From IMG/VR virus record IMGVR_UViG_3300035188_001035, positions 1 to 64,000 of that record: a DNA stretch of 64,000 nucleotides. One strand, given 5' to 3'. Numbering within the stretch: the stretch's first letter is position 1; each line of letters begins with the position of its first letter. The translations under genes were made by a program, and so were the position numbers. This document shows, one piece after another, positions 39,195-50,000 of this stretch. This stretch comes from a virus. The notes under the pieces are model-generated. The model had not been told where the DNA came from, made no database searches, and saw only the letters and a program-made list of their open reading frames with translations.

Positions 39195-40454
39195 ATGGAA
39201 ACAATATTTATTCAAATAGCATCATACAGGGATCCTGAATTAGTACCAACTATTAATGATCTGATAGATAAAGCAGCAAATCCTAACAATCTAAGATTCG
39301 GCATAGCGTGGCAAAATAATAAAAAAAATGATGCTTGGGATAATATAGATTTATTTAAAAATGATAAACGATTTAGAATTATAGATATAGATTATAAACA
39401 ATCTCAGGGAGTATGTTGGGCCAGAAATAAAGTACAACAGTTATATAATAATGAAAAGTATACACTACAAATAGATAGTCATCATAGGTTTATAAAAGAT
39501 TGGGACATTTTATTGATAGACATGGTCAAAAATTTGCAAAATGATGGTTATAACAAACCATTGATCACCACATACTTGCCTAGTTATAATCCAAAAAATG
39601 ACCCAAGTGATAGAGTTATGGTTCCTTGGAAAATGAATTTTGATAGATTCATACCAGAAGGGGCCGTTTTCTTTTTACCAGCACCATTTGACAATAATGA
39701 TGATATTACTAAACCTATACCATCCAGATTTTATAGCGCACACTTTGCGTTTACATTAGGTGATTTTGTTAAAGAAGTACAACACGACCCTAATTATTAT
39801 TTTCATGGTGAAGAAATAAGTATAGCAGTAAGAGCATTTACACACGGATATGATCTTTTTCATCCTAATATTGTTGTGGCTTGGCACGAATATACTAGAA
39901 AAGACAGAACCAAACAGTGGGATGATGATAAAACTTGGCATGTAAGAAACCAATTAAGCCATTTAAGAAATAGAAAATTATTTGGAATGGATAATGAAAA
40001 ACAAGATATTGATTTTGAAAAATATGGTTTTGGCAATATTAGAAGTTTAACAGATTATGAGAAGTATAGTGGGCTATCGTTTAAATCAAGATCCATTACA
40101 GATGATGTGATTTATCATAAAAATCCTAATTTGAATAATATAGATATTCCTGATAAAGATTTTCAAGAATCATTACAACACATTTTTAAATATTGTATAA
40201 ATTTACCATCAGATAAAATTAATGAAAATGATTATGATTTTTGGGTGGTTGCTTTTCATGATGCTGAAGATAGAACAGTATATAGAAAAGATAGTGATAA
40301 AGAAGAAATAAAAAATACAGTTTCTAACGGGCGACCGACCTTCTATAATATATGGAGAGAATTTCATGTTTCCGAAATGCCAAAAAAATGGGTGGTATGG
40401 CCGCACTCACTATCTAAAGGCTGGTGCGAAAAAATAGAAGGTTCAATAATATGA
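39195..40454 (+). CDS. GT60-like polypeptide/Skp1 alpha-GlcNAc transferase
   Basis: IFIQIASYRDPEL..TI, G.CWAR, LQIDSH.RF...WD, F.GEEI....R.FT.GYD. Confidence 0.8.
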   Translation: METIFIQIASYRDPELVPTINDLIDKAANPNNLRFGIAWQNNKKNDAWDNIDLFKNDKRFRIIDIDYKQSQGVCWARNKVQQLYNNEKYTLQIDSHHRFIKDWDILLIDMVKNLQNDGYNKPLITTYLPSYNPKNDPSDRVMVPWKMNFDRFIPEGAVFFLPAPFDNNDDITKPIPSRFYSAHFAFTLGDFVKEVQHDPNYYFHGEEISIAVRAFTHGYDLFHPNIVVAWHEYTRKDRTKQWDDDKTWHVRNQLSHLRNRKLFGMDNEKQDIDFEKYGFGNIRSLTDYEKYSGLSFKSRSITDDVIYHKNPNLNNIDIPDKDFQESLQHIFKYCINLPSDKINENDYDFWVVAFHDAEDRTVYRKDSDKEEIKNTVSNGRPTFYNIWREFHVSEMPKKWVVWPHSLSKGWCEKIEGSII

Positions 40455-41281
40455 AAAGGGCATTGGTTGGTTTTGTAACAAATATTACAGCTAATTATTC
40501 AAAAATAAAAATATGGACTAATAGCTTTAAAAAACATTGTAAAAATGATGCAATATATCTTATTGCAGCAAATGCATCAAATGAAGAAATAGACTTATTA
40601 ATAAAACTAGATATTAATATTCATAATATTATTATTGATGATAATGATTTACAATTTATCAACCATAAAAGACTTTACTATACATATGATCTTTTGTCTA
40701 AAATTGATATAGAATATATATTAGTTACTGATGTTTTTGATGTTATTTTTCAAAATGATCCATTTAAAAAATTAGACTTTAATAAATTTGATTTGTTTCT
40801 AACTTTAGAAGGAGTGTTGGTGAGTGAAGAACCTTGGAATTCTGATGTAATAAACAAAATTTTTCCAGAATACTATCAGTTATGTAGAAATCGAGATGTA
40901 ATTTGTAGCGGCATTATAGCAGGAAAACGAGACCATCTAATTAATTTATTATCTAGCATGTATAATTTGTGTGAAAACTGTTCAAATAATCATAATATAA
41001 AAGATCAGGCCGCACTTATAGTTTTGGATACTATCAAACGTATTGATGCACATATTAAATATCTATCATTAAAGGATGGTTGGGTCGTGAATTGTGCCGT
41101 TGCTGGGCCAACCAATTTTTTTGAATCTTGGGGATTTAAGAATACTATTGAAAAAAGATACCTAGATATACCAGTATTAAGAAATAATAATATATATATT
41201 GGTGATTTACAATATGATATAGTACATCAATTTAATCGTATTTCTGAATGGAATAAGGAGTTAATAAAAGATTATGAGTAA
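40451..41281 (+). CDS. GT-A fold glycosyltransferase-like protein
   Basis: ILVTDVFDVIFQNDPF, CSG.IAG, DQA, IVHQF. Confidence 0.65.
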   Translation: MKRALVGFVTNITANYSKIKIWTNSFKKHCKNDAIYLIAANASNEEIDLLIKLDINIHNIIIDDNDLQFINHKRLYYTYDLLSKIDIEYILVTDVFDVIFQNDPFKKLDFNKFDLFLTLEGVLVSEEPWNSDVINKIFPEYYQLCRNRDVICSGIIAGKRDHLINLLSSMYNLCENCSNNHNIKDQAALIVLDTIKRIDAHIKYLSLKDGWVVNCAVAGPTNFFESWGFKNTIEKRYLDIPVLRNNNIYIGDLQYDIVHQFNRISEWNKELIKDYE

Positions 41282-42026
41282 TGCAATATGCATGTGTACA
41301 ACATCAGAGACATACTCCCAAAATTTAATAGATTGGAAAAAGAATTTTATTGATGAGAACACCTATTTGATTGTAGATAAAACTAAAAATAGTAATTTTA
41401 ATTCTAATGATTTTATATATACAGAATCTGATATTAGAAAAAATCTTAATTTTAATCATGATGTTAGCAAAAAGCACTACTGGAATAGCTATGGCAACAG
41501 AAATATTATCTGGTTTTATGCGCATTTTAGAATGATTAATTTCTATTTAACCCATAATGATTTTGACTATTATTGGTTTTTTGACGATGATGTATATATG
41601 GATAATTGGCAAAAATTTATTGATACTACAAATAATTATGATTATGATTTTATGTCATATTTTTGTTTTAAAAAGAATAATGTAAAATCTACAGAAAATA
41701 TACCATATATCGATCACAACACAACTTCTGGACAACTGTGGTTTGAAAGATTTCCTGGTCATAATGACATACTACCAAAAACAAATGAATATTTTGGGTC
41801 TTTTTTTCCAACGGTCAGGTACTCTAATAAAGCGATGAGAAAATTGATTGAAATTAATAGTTTAGGATATTTTGGTTATTCTGAGGGTTTTGTTCCAACA
41901 GTATTAAATATGTATAATTTTTCACTCAAATCTATTATCAATCCTGATAATTCATCAGATATGTTCGATATTAACGATATAAATATTTTACATAAAAATA
42001 TAAGGATTACATGGCAATGGATATAA
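41274..42026 (+). CDS. GT-A fold glycosyltransferase-like protein
   Basis: FDYYWFFDDDVY (DxD), FFP.VRYS, EGFVPT. Confidence 0.6.
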   Translation: MSNAICMCTTSETYSQNLIDWKKNFIDENTYLIVDKTKNSNFNSNDFIYTESDIRKNLNFNHDVSKKHYWNSYGNRNIIWFYAHFRMINFYLTHNDFDYYWFFDDDVYMDNWQKFIDTTNNYDYDFMSYFCFKKNNVKSTENIPYIDHNTTSGQLWFERFPGHNDILPKTNEYFGSFFPTVRYSNKAMRKLIEINSLGYFGYSEGFVPTVLNMYNFSLKSIINPDNSSDMFDINDINILHKNIRITWQWI

Positions 42027-43387
42027 AAAAGCCAATATTAGTTACAGCTATTTATGATATAGGTAGAGATAATTGGGAATCATATAATCTATCATACAAC
42101 AATTATTTAGCATGGATGCGCAATACTCTCTCATTAGATAGTTATATTGTAATTTATACAGAACGGAAATTTTTGTCTAAAATAGAGGAAATGCGTAAGG
42201 AATTCGATCCTACACTAGATAAAACAGTTATTATAACAACACCAATTGAGGAGTTGGATGCGTATAAACTGTACTATACTAAACTTTGTGATTTAATGTT
42301 CAGTAAAGAATTCAAAGATAAAATACATACTAAAGTTCCAGAGATGACCAAACCCCTATATAATGTCATCATGTTCAATAAAATATTTTTTCTAAAAAAA
42401 GCTAAAGAATTTTTTAATGGAGATTTTTATATTTGGGTAGATGCTGGTGGTCTAAGAGAGAATATATCCAATTATAATAATCAAAGATGGCCATGTTTGA
42501 ATAAAATCAACGAACTAGATAACTCAAAAATAACATTTTTTAGCCATAGTCAAACTATAATGATTAGGAATCAAGATATCGAAAATCATGCGTTGTCTCA
42601 ACAAAGATACATACAAGGAACAGCTTTTTTGATTCCGGTAAATTTGATAGATGAATTATTAGATAATTTTAATCAAACTATTAATGAATCTCTGGAACAT
42701 CAATATATAGGAAGTGACGAAAAAATATTCGATATAACTTATTGCAAAAATAAAACCAAATATAGTTTAATTAAGTGTGATTGGAGGACTTACTTTAATA
42801 TATTCAAAGACGATGGACTAAAACTTTTCGATAAAGACGGAAATAGACCTTCAAAAATATTTCTAGATCTAGGATCTCATCAATTACAAGGATTAAAAAA
42901 ATATATTGATAAATTATATATAGATAATAGCTGGGAAATACATTGTTTTGAACCGAATTCTATGGTTAAAACAGAAGAGTTTATTGAAGCGATTAAAGAA
43001 TTGTCTATTCAATTTCATAAAAAAGCAGTATGGATAAGAAATGGAAGAACTATTTTTAATCAACACGGAGAAAAAGGAGAAGGGCAAGGTTCTTTATTGG
43101 AAGAAACTGAAGGTGGAAAAGCGTATGGAGATTTTTATGCAGAAGAGGTAGTGGACTGTGTTGATTTGCTAGACTTTATAAAAAAATTAGATCCTAAAAA
43201 AGATATTTATATCAAAATGGATATAGAATGGTCAGAATATAAAGTTCTTAATAAATTATTATCTGATTGGCCTAAAAATATCAAAAAGATATGGATTGAA
43301 TGGCATGGATCTAATAGCAATAAAGAGAATATAAAGACTCTAGAGGATGCTATTAAAAATTTAGGAACAGATCTAGAGGTAATTTAA
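42011..43387 (+). CDS. HtrL/YibB-like glycosyltransferase fused to an FkbM-family methyltransferase
   Basis: N-terminal LVTA.YDIGR..W, K..F...A, WVDAG. C-terminal FLDLG.H..G, CFEPN, KAVW, IKMDIE.SEY. Confidence 0.75.
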   Translation: MAMDIKKPILVTAIYDIGRDNWESYNLSYNNYLAWMRNTLSLDSYIVIYTERKFLSKIEEMRKEFDPTLDKTVIITTPIEELDAYKLYYTKLCDLMFSKEFKDKIHTKVPEMTKPLYNVIMFNKIFFLKKAKEFFNGDFYIWVDAGGLRENISNYNNQRWPCLNKINELDNSKITFFSHSQTIMIRNQDIENHALSQQRYIQGTAFLIPVNLIDELLDNFNQTINESLEHQYIGSDEKIFDITYCKNKTKYSLIKCDWRTYFNIFKDDGLKLFDKDGNRPSKIFLDLGSHQLQGLKKYIDKLYIDNSWEIHCFEPNSMVKTEEFIEAIKELSIQFHKKAVWIRNGRTIFNQHGEKGEGQGSLLEETEGGKAYGDFYAEEVVDCVDLLDFIKKLDPKKDIYIKMDIEWSEYKVLNKLLSDWPKNIKKIWIEWHGSNSNKENIKTLEDAIKNLGTDLEVI

Positions 43388-43392
43388 TCAAT

Positions 43393-44103
43393 CTATTTTT
43401 GTGCATATTCTGATCTAGGATATCTTTTAGTATAGTGATCTATCTTTGAATGATGCATACAATACGGATTTGCAAAACCTTTATTTAAAGCGTTCAAAAG
43501 CCAAAACTCTCCAAAAATTCTAAATTCGATAGGCTGTAGTTGAGAATCTTTTCTTATATAACAACCATATACATCATTAAAACTTCTAATTTTTTTAATA
43601 TAAGAATTTGATGCCCACCAAAAATTACCAGAAAAATGTGGATGTTTATGACCGTCTTGTATAGACTGAAGATTAACTCCACAAGCATCATAATTTTTTA
43701 AATATTTTGTTGATTCGTCCCATAATTCTATCAAGAAATATTCCATTAAGTCTATCCAATCCTGTATATTATCTTTTTCATTTTCTTTTGAGTGTGCTCT
43801 CCACACTCCTTTACTATGTAAATATAAAATATTATCTTCGTCTGAAAATTCCTTACATTTATTCCATAAAAAATCTAATGTGTGTCCTTCCGTACTTTCA
43901 TTATTTGAATTAAATGATAGATGAATTTTATTATCGTCTTTTAGAAGTGAAATGATAGAATCATCAATATGTTTACCTATCATATTAATATATATTGTAT
44001 TAATAGAATCATAAAGTCCATAATTTTTAATTTTATGCATGGTTTTTTGGAATCTATCAAAGTAGTCATTTATACAAAACATATGATAAAAGATATAGTT
44101 CAT
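43393..44103 (-). CDS. Glycosyltransferase-like conserved viral protein
   Basis: E..TL, ILYLHSKG, W...M.YF, HFSGNFWWA...YI motif set seen in viral glyco-clusters. Confidence 0.55.
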   Translation of the reverse strand: MNYIFYHMFCINDYFDRFQKTMHKIKNYGLYDSINTIYINMIGKHIDDSIISLLKDDNKIHLSFNSNNESTEGHTLDFLWNKCKEFSDEDNILYLHSKGVWRAHSKENEKDNIQDWIDLMEYFLIELWDESTKYLKNYDACGVNLQSIQDGHKHPHFSGNFWWASNSYIKKIRSFNDVYGCYIRKDSQLQPIEFRIFGEFWLLNALNKGFANPYCMHHSKIDHYTKRYPRSEYAQK

Positions 44104-44112
44104 AATATAGTT

Positions 44113-44790
44113 TTAGTTTTTAAAAAAGTTGTACGCTAAATAATCTTCTATCTCATTCTGATTTCCTATATCGAAATGATGATCTCCTAATCTACCATCA
44201 TCGATTCTATTATATTTTTTAACTTGAAATTCTTCCCTAGTTTTAGAATAATAGTGATTTAATTGAGCAATATCTGTTGGTACATCTAGATAAGGACAAT
44301 TAGGGCGATGAACTTGCATACTAGGGGTGTTTTTATCGATTCTTACTATAGATTTTCCAATAATATCAGGATTAATACCTCTTTTTGTAAATCTTTGTAA
44401 AACACTATAATTATTATTTTCAACTTTATCCAAACCATTATTACCAAAATAAAACCATCTAAAACAAAACGCAGCATATTCTTTATAGTTTTTTAAAAAA
44501 TCTTTTATATTTTTATGATTTTTTAGAACTAAAAATTCATCAATATCAAAAAAAGCAGCATATTCATATTCTGATTTATAATCGTCAATAAATTTATTAT
44601 AACTATAAATTTGTCTATCTCCTCTATCTTCATCAAATTCTATTTTAATTAAATTAGGATGATTAAATTTTGTGCGCCAATTATTTTGATAAAGAAATAT
44701 ATTATCGAATCCTAATTTAATATGATATTCTACCCATTCTTGAATATAATAATCTTCATTTTTAGCTATACAAACACACGCTGTTTTCAT
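44113..44790 (-). CDS. GT2-like/GT92-like glycosyltransferase
   Basis: CIAKNE..YI.EWV.YH...GFD, FFDIDEF, LNHY..K..EEF. Likely start MKTACV at 44790. Confidence 0.8.
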   Translation of the reverse strand: MKTACVCIAKNEDYYIQEWVEYHIKLGFDNIFLYQNNWRTKFNHPNLIKIEFDEDRGDRQIYSYNKFIDDYKSEYEYAAFFDIDEFLVLKNHKNIKDFLKNYKEYAAFCFRWFYFGNNGLDKVENNNYSVLQRFTKRGINPDIIGKSIVRIDKNTPSMQVHRPNCPYLDVPTDIAQLNHYYSKTREEFQVKKYNRIDDGRLGDHHFDIGNQNEIEDYLAYNFFKN

Positions 44791-44792
44791 AT

Positions 44793-45449
44793 TTATTTGC
44801 ACCAGTTTGTTGATCTGTTTCCACTCATGTACGATTCGTACTCTCCAGGCATCAACTGATTTTTCCAATCTTTGTACCAAGGAAGATGTTTAGAAGTATA
44901 TGGTCCAGCTAATCTTATATATGGCCAATTAGTTGTATAGTTATTATTAATCAAACAAAAAGTGGTATCTATATCAGCCCAATACATTTCTATCTCTTCA
45001 TGTATGACCTTATTTTGCCAAAATTTACTTTCCCATTGTTTTATAGTTTGATTTTCATATTTAACATCTTCTCGCAGATTATCACCAGAAATATCTAAAG
45101 CAACCCCTACTTTTCTAATTTTATATTTTTCAGAAGTTTCATACATTATTTGTATTGTTTTTTTATCTACAGCATCAGATATTTCAATATCAGGATCTGT
45201 CAATAGGAAAATGGGTCCAACTATTTTTTTAATTGATTCTAATTCATACACCCTATGTCCATGATTCTCCGATAGTCTAATAATGTTTAGTTTAGAATTA
45301 TCCAAAAAATTTACCATTGGACCGTATGTACTATTATTATCAACAATGAATATATTATTAGTTATATTAATAAGTCTTTCACAAATTTTTTTAACATATG
45401 TATAATTATTATATGCTATAATTAAGCATGGTATGTTTTCTGTATTCAT
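44793..45449 (-). CDS. GT2-like glycosyltransferase
   Basis: IIAYNN, IVDNNSTY.P, LTDPDI (DxD), IDTTF, HLPWY. Confidence 0.7.
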   Translation of the reverse strand: MNTENIPCLIIAYNNYTYVKKICERLINITNNIFIVDNNSTYGPMVNFLDNSKLNIIRLSENHGHRVYELESIKKIVGPIFLLTDPDIEISDAVDKKTIQIMYETSEKYKIRKVGVALDISGDNLREDVKYENQTIKQWESKFWQNKVIHEEIEMYWADIDTTFCLINNNYTTNWPYIRLAGPYTSKHLPWYKDWKNQLMPGEYESYMSGNRSTNWCK

Positions 45450-45997
45450 ATTAATTCTTCATTAAAATTTAGAATAGTTGGCCATAAATATTCTACCATA
45501 TAATTGGTCTCGTTTTTGACTTCATATGTAGGTAATAAGCTTTTGATTTTTTCATACTGATCAATATCTCTTTTTTTTATTAAATTTCTAGAAACAATAC
45601 ATTGAGCTGAATTAATAAACTTTATTGGTAATTTATAAGCAATATCGTGTTTTTTACATAAATTTATTGTTCTATCAAGAACTTCGCCACCTCTTTCGTA
45701 TACTCTTCCCAATGGTACAAATTCTTTATCGAAGTTAAAATTATTAACAATATTTAAAAAAGAGGCACAGTGGAAAAAAGGATTATCTTGACTAAAACAA
45801 ACATAATCTGGTAAATCATAATAATTATCTATTATATAACTTAAATAAGCTATAGTGTCAAAACCTACATTTGGTAAATCAATGTGGTATTTTCCATTAT
45901 TAATAGGATTTTTATTATAAACAATGTATTCATGTTTTAATTCATTTATCCATGTAAGATTTTGTTCATAATGACAGATGATAATTTTCATTTTCAT
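45446..45997 (-). CDS. DUF3431-like (glycosyltransferase-associated) protein
   Basis: Y.Q.L.W, LPNVG, YL.YIIDNY..LPD...F.Q.NPF.H, Q..VSR..I, E..W. Confidence 0.65.
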   Translation of the reverse strand: MKMKIIICHYEQNLTWINELKHEYIVYNKNPINNGKYHIDLPNVGFDTIAYLSYIIDNYYDLPDYVCFSQDNPFFHCASFLNIVNNFNFDKEFVPLGRVYERGGEVLDRTINLCKKHDIAYKLPIKFINSAQCIVSRNLIKKRDIDQYEKIKSLLPTYEVKNETNYMVEYLWPTILNFNEELI

Positions 45998-46021
45998 ATT
46001 ATTATACCTATATTGTGATGA

Positions 46022-47035
46022 TTATATAATAGGGGTCTCGGTTGGTGTCGGGCTTGGCGTTGGAGTCGGAGATGGTGTTGGGCTAGGCGTCGGACTCGGT
46101 GTTGGTGACGGCGTTGGACTTGGAGTCGGGCTTGGTGTTGGTGATGGCGTTGGACTTGGAGTCGGGCTTGGTGTTGGTGATGGCGTTGGACTTGGAGTCG
46201 GGCTTGGTGTTGGTGATGGCGTTGGACTTGGAGTCGGGCTTGGCGTTGGAGTCGGAGATGGTGTTGGGCTAGGCGTAGGACTCGGTGTCGGCGATGGCGT
46301 TGGACTTGGCGTTGGAGTCTCGGTCGGTGTTGGACTTGGAGTAGGACTCGGCGTCGGGCTAGGCATTGGAGACGGTGTTGGACAATTAAGGCTATTGAAA
46401 AACTCCATATTAGAATAACAAGCAATAGTTGGCGTTGGTGTAGGAGTAGGAGTTGGTGGAGGTAATGTTGGTGTACACGCAATTGTAACACAAGGAGTTG
46501 GTGTAGGATTATACAAATGACACGCAACATCTATCCAAATTAATCCACCTTTTTCGCAACAGTTAGATTCTTCTGAAAATCCTTCATACTGAGTATGACC
46601 GAGGAACTGAATAGTCCCGCAATACTGCGAATTATAATTTGGTATTTGTTCTATAGGCATACTAAAATATCTATAATTACAATCAGTATCTAGGGTTGGT
46701 GGCATAATAGCCCCGGAACATAAGCTTAGAGACTCCCAATACATTCCTCGGCCAGATCCATGCACCAAAACCTGAGGAACTCCCTCACTAAAATTTGGTA
46801 TTTGTTTTATATCGTGGTTGAAAAATCGTTGACAAGATTGTGCTCCACCAAGAGTTCCAGAACTACAAGCATCTTCTGTTTCACCATTAATACTCATCCA
46901 TCTTAAACCATCAGCAGTATCATAGGAATGAGTTAATATTTGCTCTTTATTAGCGTTGAATCCTGATAATTGTTCCATAGGTACATTGAAATACCTGTGA
47001 ATTCTACACCACTTTGGGTCTTGATATGCACACAT
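46022..47035 (-). CDS. Cys-containing protein with a C-terminal (PTPS)n tail
   Basis: About 190 aa body with two F.(V/M)P(M/I)EQ repeats, then about 120 aa P/T/S. Confidence 0.78.
   Translation of the reverse strand: MCAYQDPKWCRIHRYFNVPMEQLSGFNANKEQILTHSYDTADGLRWMSINGETEDACSSGTLGGAQSCQRFFNHDIKQIPNFSEGVPQVLVHGSGRGMYWESLSLCSGAIMPPTLDTDCNYRYFSMPIEQIPNYNSQYCGTIQFLGHTQYEGFSEESNCCEKGGLIWIDVACHLYNPTPTPCVTIACTPTLPPPTPTPTPTPTIACYSNMEFFNSLNCPTPSPMPSPTPSPTPSPTPTETPTPSPTPSPTPSPTPSPTPSPTPTPSPTPSPTPSPTPSPTPSPTPSPTPSPTPSPTPSPTPSPTPSPTPSPTPSPTPSPTPSPTPTPSPTPTETPII
46031..46381 (-). repeat. (PTPS)n array 3, inverted relative to arrays 1 and 2
   Basis: Includes about 3.7 perfect copies of a 36 bp unit (46110-46243). 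Confidence 0.95.
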
Positions 47036-47054
47036 TAGTATTTACCTATCATTA

Positions 47055-50000
47055 CTAAGGTGGTCCACCATCATCTAAACATTCTTCAGTAGTACTAAAA
47101 AGTGGTGGAGATCCTGTTCCTATAATCATATACGTTCCACCAGGACAATCACTAGCGCTTTCATCACCACCCAAACTTGAATCGCATATCAGATACATTG
47201 TTACCAAATCACCAGCTGCTGCTCCGTAACCCAAAGGATTTCTTACGTCATTTATTAACGTTGATCCCAATATACACTCTGAAGACATTGAATGATCAAC
47301 ATTAACTGATATTCCGGATGCGGTGTTAGAAGTAAAGTCATTATCTGCTGTACCAGTTACCAATAATGGTGCACTAGATACGTGCTCCATGATAATGTAT
47401 TCATTATTTTCATGAAGTTTGGCATATATTTTACTGCCTTTATAATAAGTCTTACCTAGATAGTCTTTAACATTAATAAAATTACAACCAGATCCAGCTA
47501 ATTTAGCTTCTCCACTGCACATAGGATCAATACGTTCTGTTAATTGAGCGATAACAATTTTATTAGAGTCTCCTCCTGCTACCCATACTCCTCTTTTTCT
47601 ATCAAACCTTAGATCTATAGGAGCAACTGGCCAAGTTCGTGGATTAGCGAGCCAATTATCCATAAATTTATCAGCTAATCCTGAGTTATTAAAAATGCCC
47701 TTTTCAGTATCTATTTGAATATCTGTAGAATTTGGTATAGGTTTACCATCAGTATCATAACCCCAAGCTTGTAAAACTAGTGGGCCTCTTAGAGCACAAA
47801 ATCCGAAATCATCATGATCGTCGTATCTGTCAGGATCGTGAGAAGATTTAATATCAGCAATATCTTCACCAAATGAAAGCATTAAAATATTAGTACTATC
47901 AGATTCTCCTCTAGAATCCCATTCTTCTAATAACTTCTTAGATAAAATAGGATTTAAATATTTTTGATTAATAGGTAAGCCTTTTGATCCACTATTCTTT
48001 TTATTTGTTGATGAATTTTCATCATCTTGATCCCAGCTTTGAAAATAAGGACTCAGTCTATATTTTCTGCCCTTGATCGATACTGGAGAAATTAAACCAT
48101 CTAATGACATTAATGCCATATTATATACGGCATCTCCTGTGACTGCACTTTCTACTTCTTTTAGAGTATTAAGTCCCATTTCATAATTTTTACGCGTTGT
48201 TGATGATGAACTATCTTCTTCCGAAGTATCTTCTTCTTCTTCTTCTTCTGGTTGTTGTTCTTCTTCGCATTGATCAAACGATGAATCACATATACCGTCT
48301 AAGTTTATAGCAATGCTTGGAGTGCATTCATTATTTGGAGTTGGTGTTGGTGTAGGAGTTGGTTCGTTATTTTCTTCGCCACCGCCTCCTCCATTATCTT
48401 CTTCTTCTAAGATAGCATCATAATATCCACCAATTAATAAGGACGATGGAGAAGCCGAAACATTTGGCGAAGCAACTCGACTTAAAATTTCTTGTATACC
48501 TAAATCTTTTAACCTTTGTGCGATAGCTTTTCTAGTTTCTGCCACCATAATAAGTGAATTTTTTCTTTGTGTTCTAATAATATCTAGTATTCTATTTCTT
48601 TCTTTATTTGCTTTCTGAACCTCATCAGACAAAGCCTTGGCGTATTGACCAAATTTTGCTGAGTATACCTGAAATGAATAATCTGAAGTAACACCGCCCT
48701 CATTATAATTTACATTAATACTCTTGATTGTAGCTATTGTATTACGAAAAACCCCTATACTGTAAGCTGGTGGTTCAGCAAGTGTTACACTACCGCTCTC
48801 TGTTTTATTGGTAAATCTAAGACCAGCATTGGACAAAGCTGTTCCCACAGTATTCATACCAGCATAATCACCATAGGCCCACGGACTCAAATCGGTTTTT
48901 ACAATTTCTGTTGAGCCTATTTGTCCTTGACTACCAACCCAAGGACCATAAACATAAATATTACTTTTCATAGGTATATTAACAGCATAATACATTGCTG
49001 CTGCATTTTCTAGTTTAAAAATATTGATAGCTGTTTTTCTAGTTGCTCCCTTAATTCCTTGTTGATGATTCGATATAAAATCTGTTACATTTTGTGCCAT
49101 ACCGAGCATAGCGGCTAAAGCTCTTAAACCTTGTGTTTTAATTCTATTATCCGCATTAACTGTTAGTCCTAAAAAGGGTGTTTGTATAACCACATCATTA
49201 GTATTGGTTTGAGGATTATTATAAACTTGTCCTGTGGTAGTTAATGATCCATAGATCATATTATTAGTTGGTTGATATACATAATTATTATCAGAAAAAT
49301 CTTTAGATATGATAAAGTCAATATCAAATGCCCCAATCCGTCTTTTTCTACTTCCGGCGGCTGAAATCATACCAAATCCATTAACTTTACCATCTTGAGT
49401 AATAAATAAAGAAGGATCAATTAATCCCATTCTATTAGCTGGTGTTCCGTATCCAGCCTCTACGGGAACATCTGATAATGATACTGAAGTATTATCTGAT
49501 GCCATACCACCGTATAAACCATATGGAGCATGAGCACATATTGTATTAACAGGCACAAGCCAGTATCTACCGTACCATGTTTTAATAAATTGTTGGAACC
49601 ATGCATATGCTCTTTCATATAAAACAACATTTACAGCAGCAGAGAACGCGGTGGATATCCCGGAGATATCGTCCATAGCTCTTGCGAAACCGTTCACATT
49701 TCCATTGTTAGCAAAACCTTGCAAAGCATTAAACGCATCTAAAACACGACGTAAATTGACTTGTCCCAATCCTAATAAATTAATAAGAGTTCCGGACAAG
49801 CTTTGTTTATTATTTTCATTACATATTATACCATATAATTTCCACATTTCCGAACTACCAGTAAAGAGTATTTCTTCTTCGGAAATGGTAAACATAGGAG
49901 GAAATCCATTAATAATAGCGGCTATAGGACTAGTATTAATAGGAACTGTAAAATTAATACCATCAACCTGTATAGGAAATCCTGTGAGATCGTATCCTAA

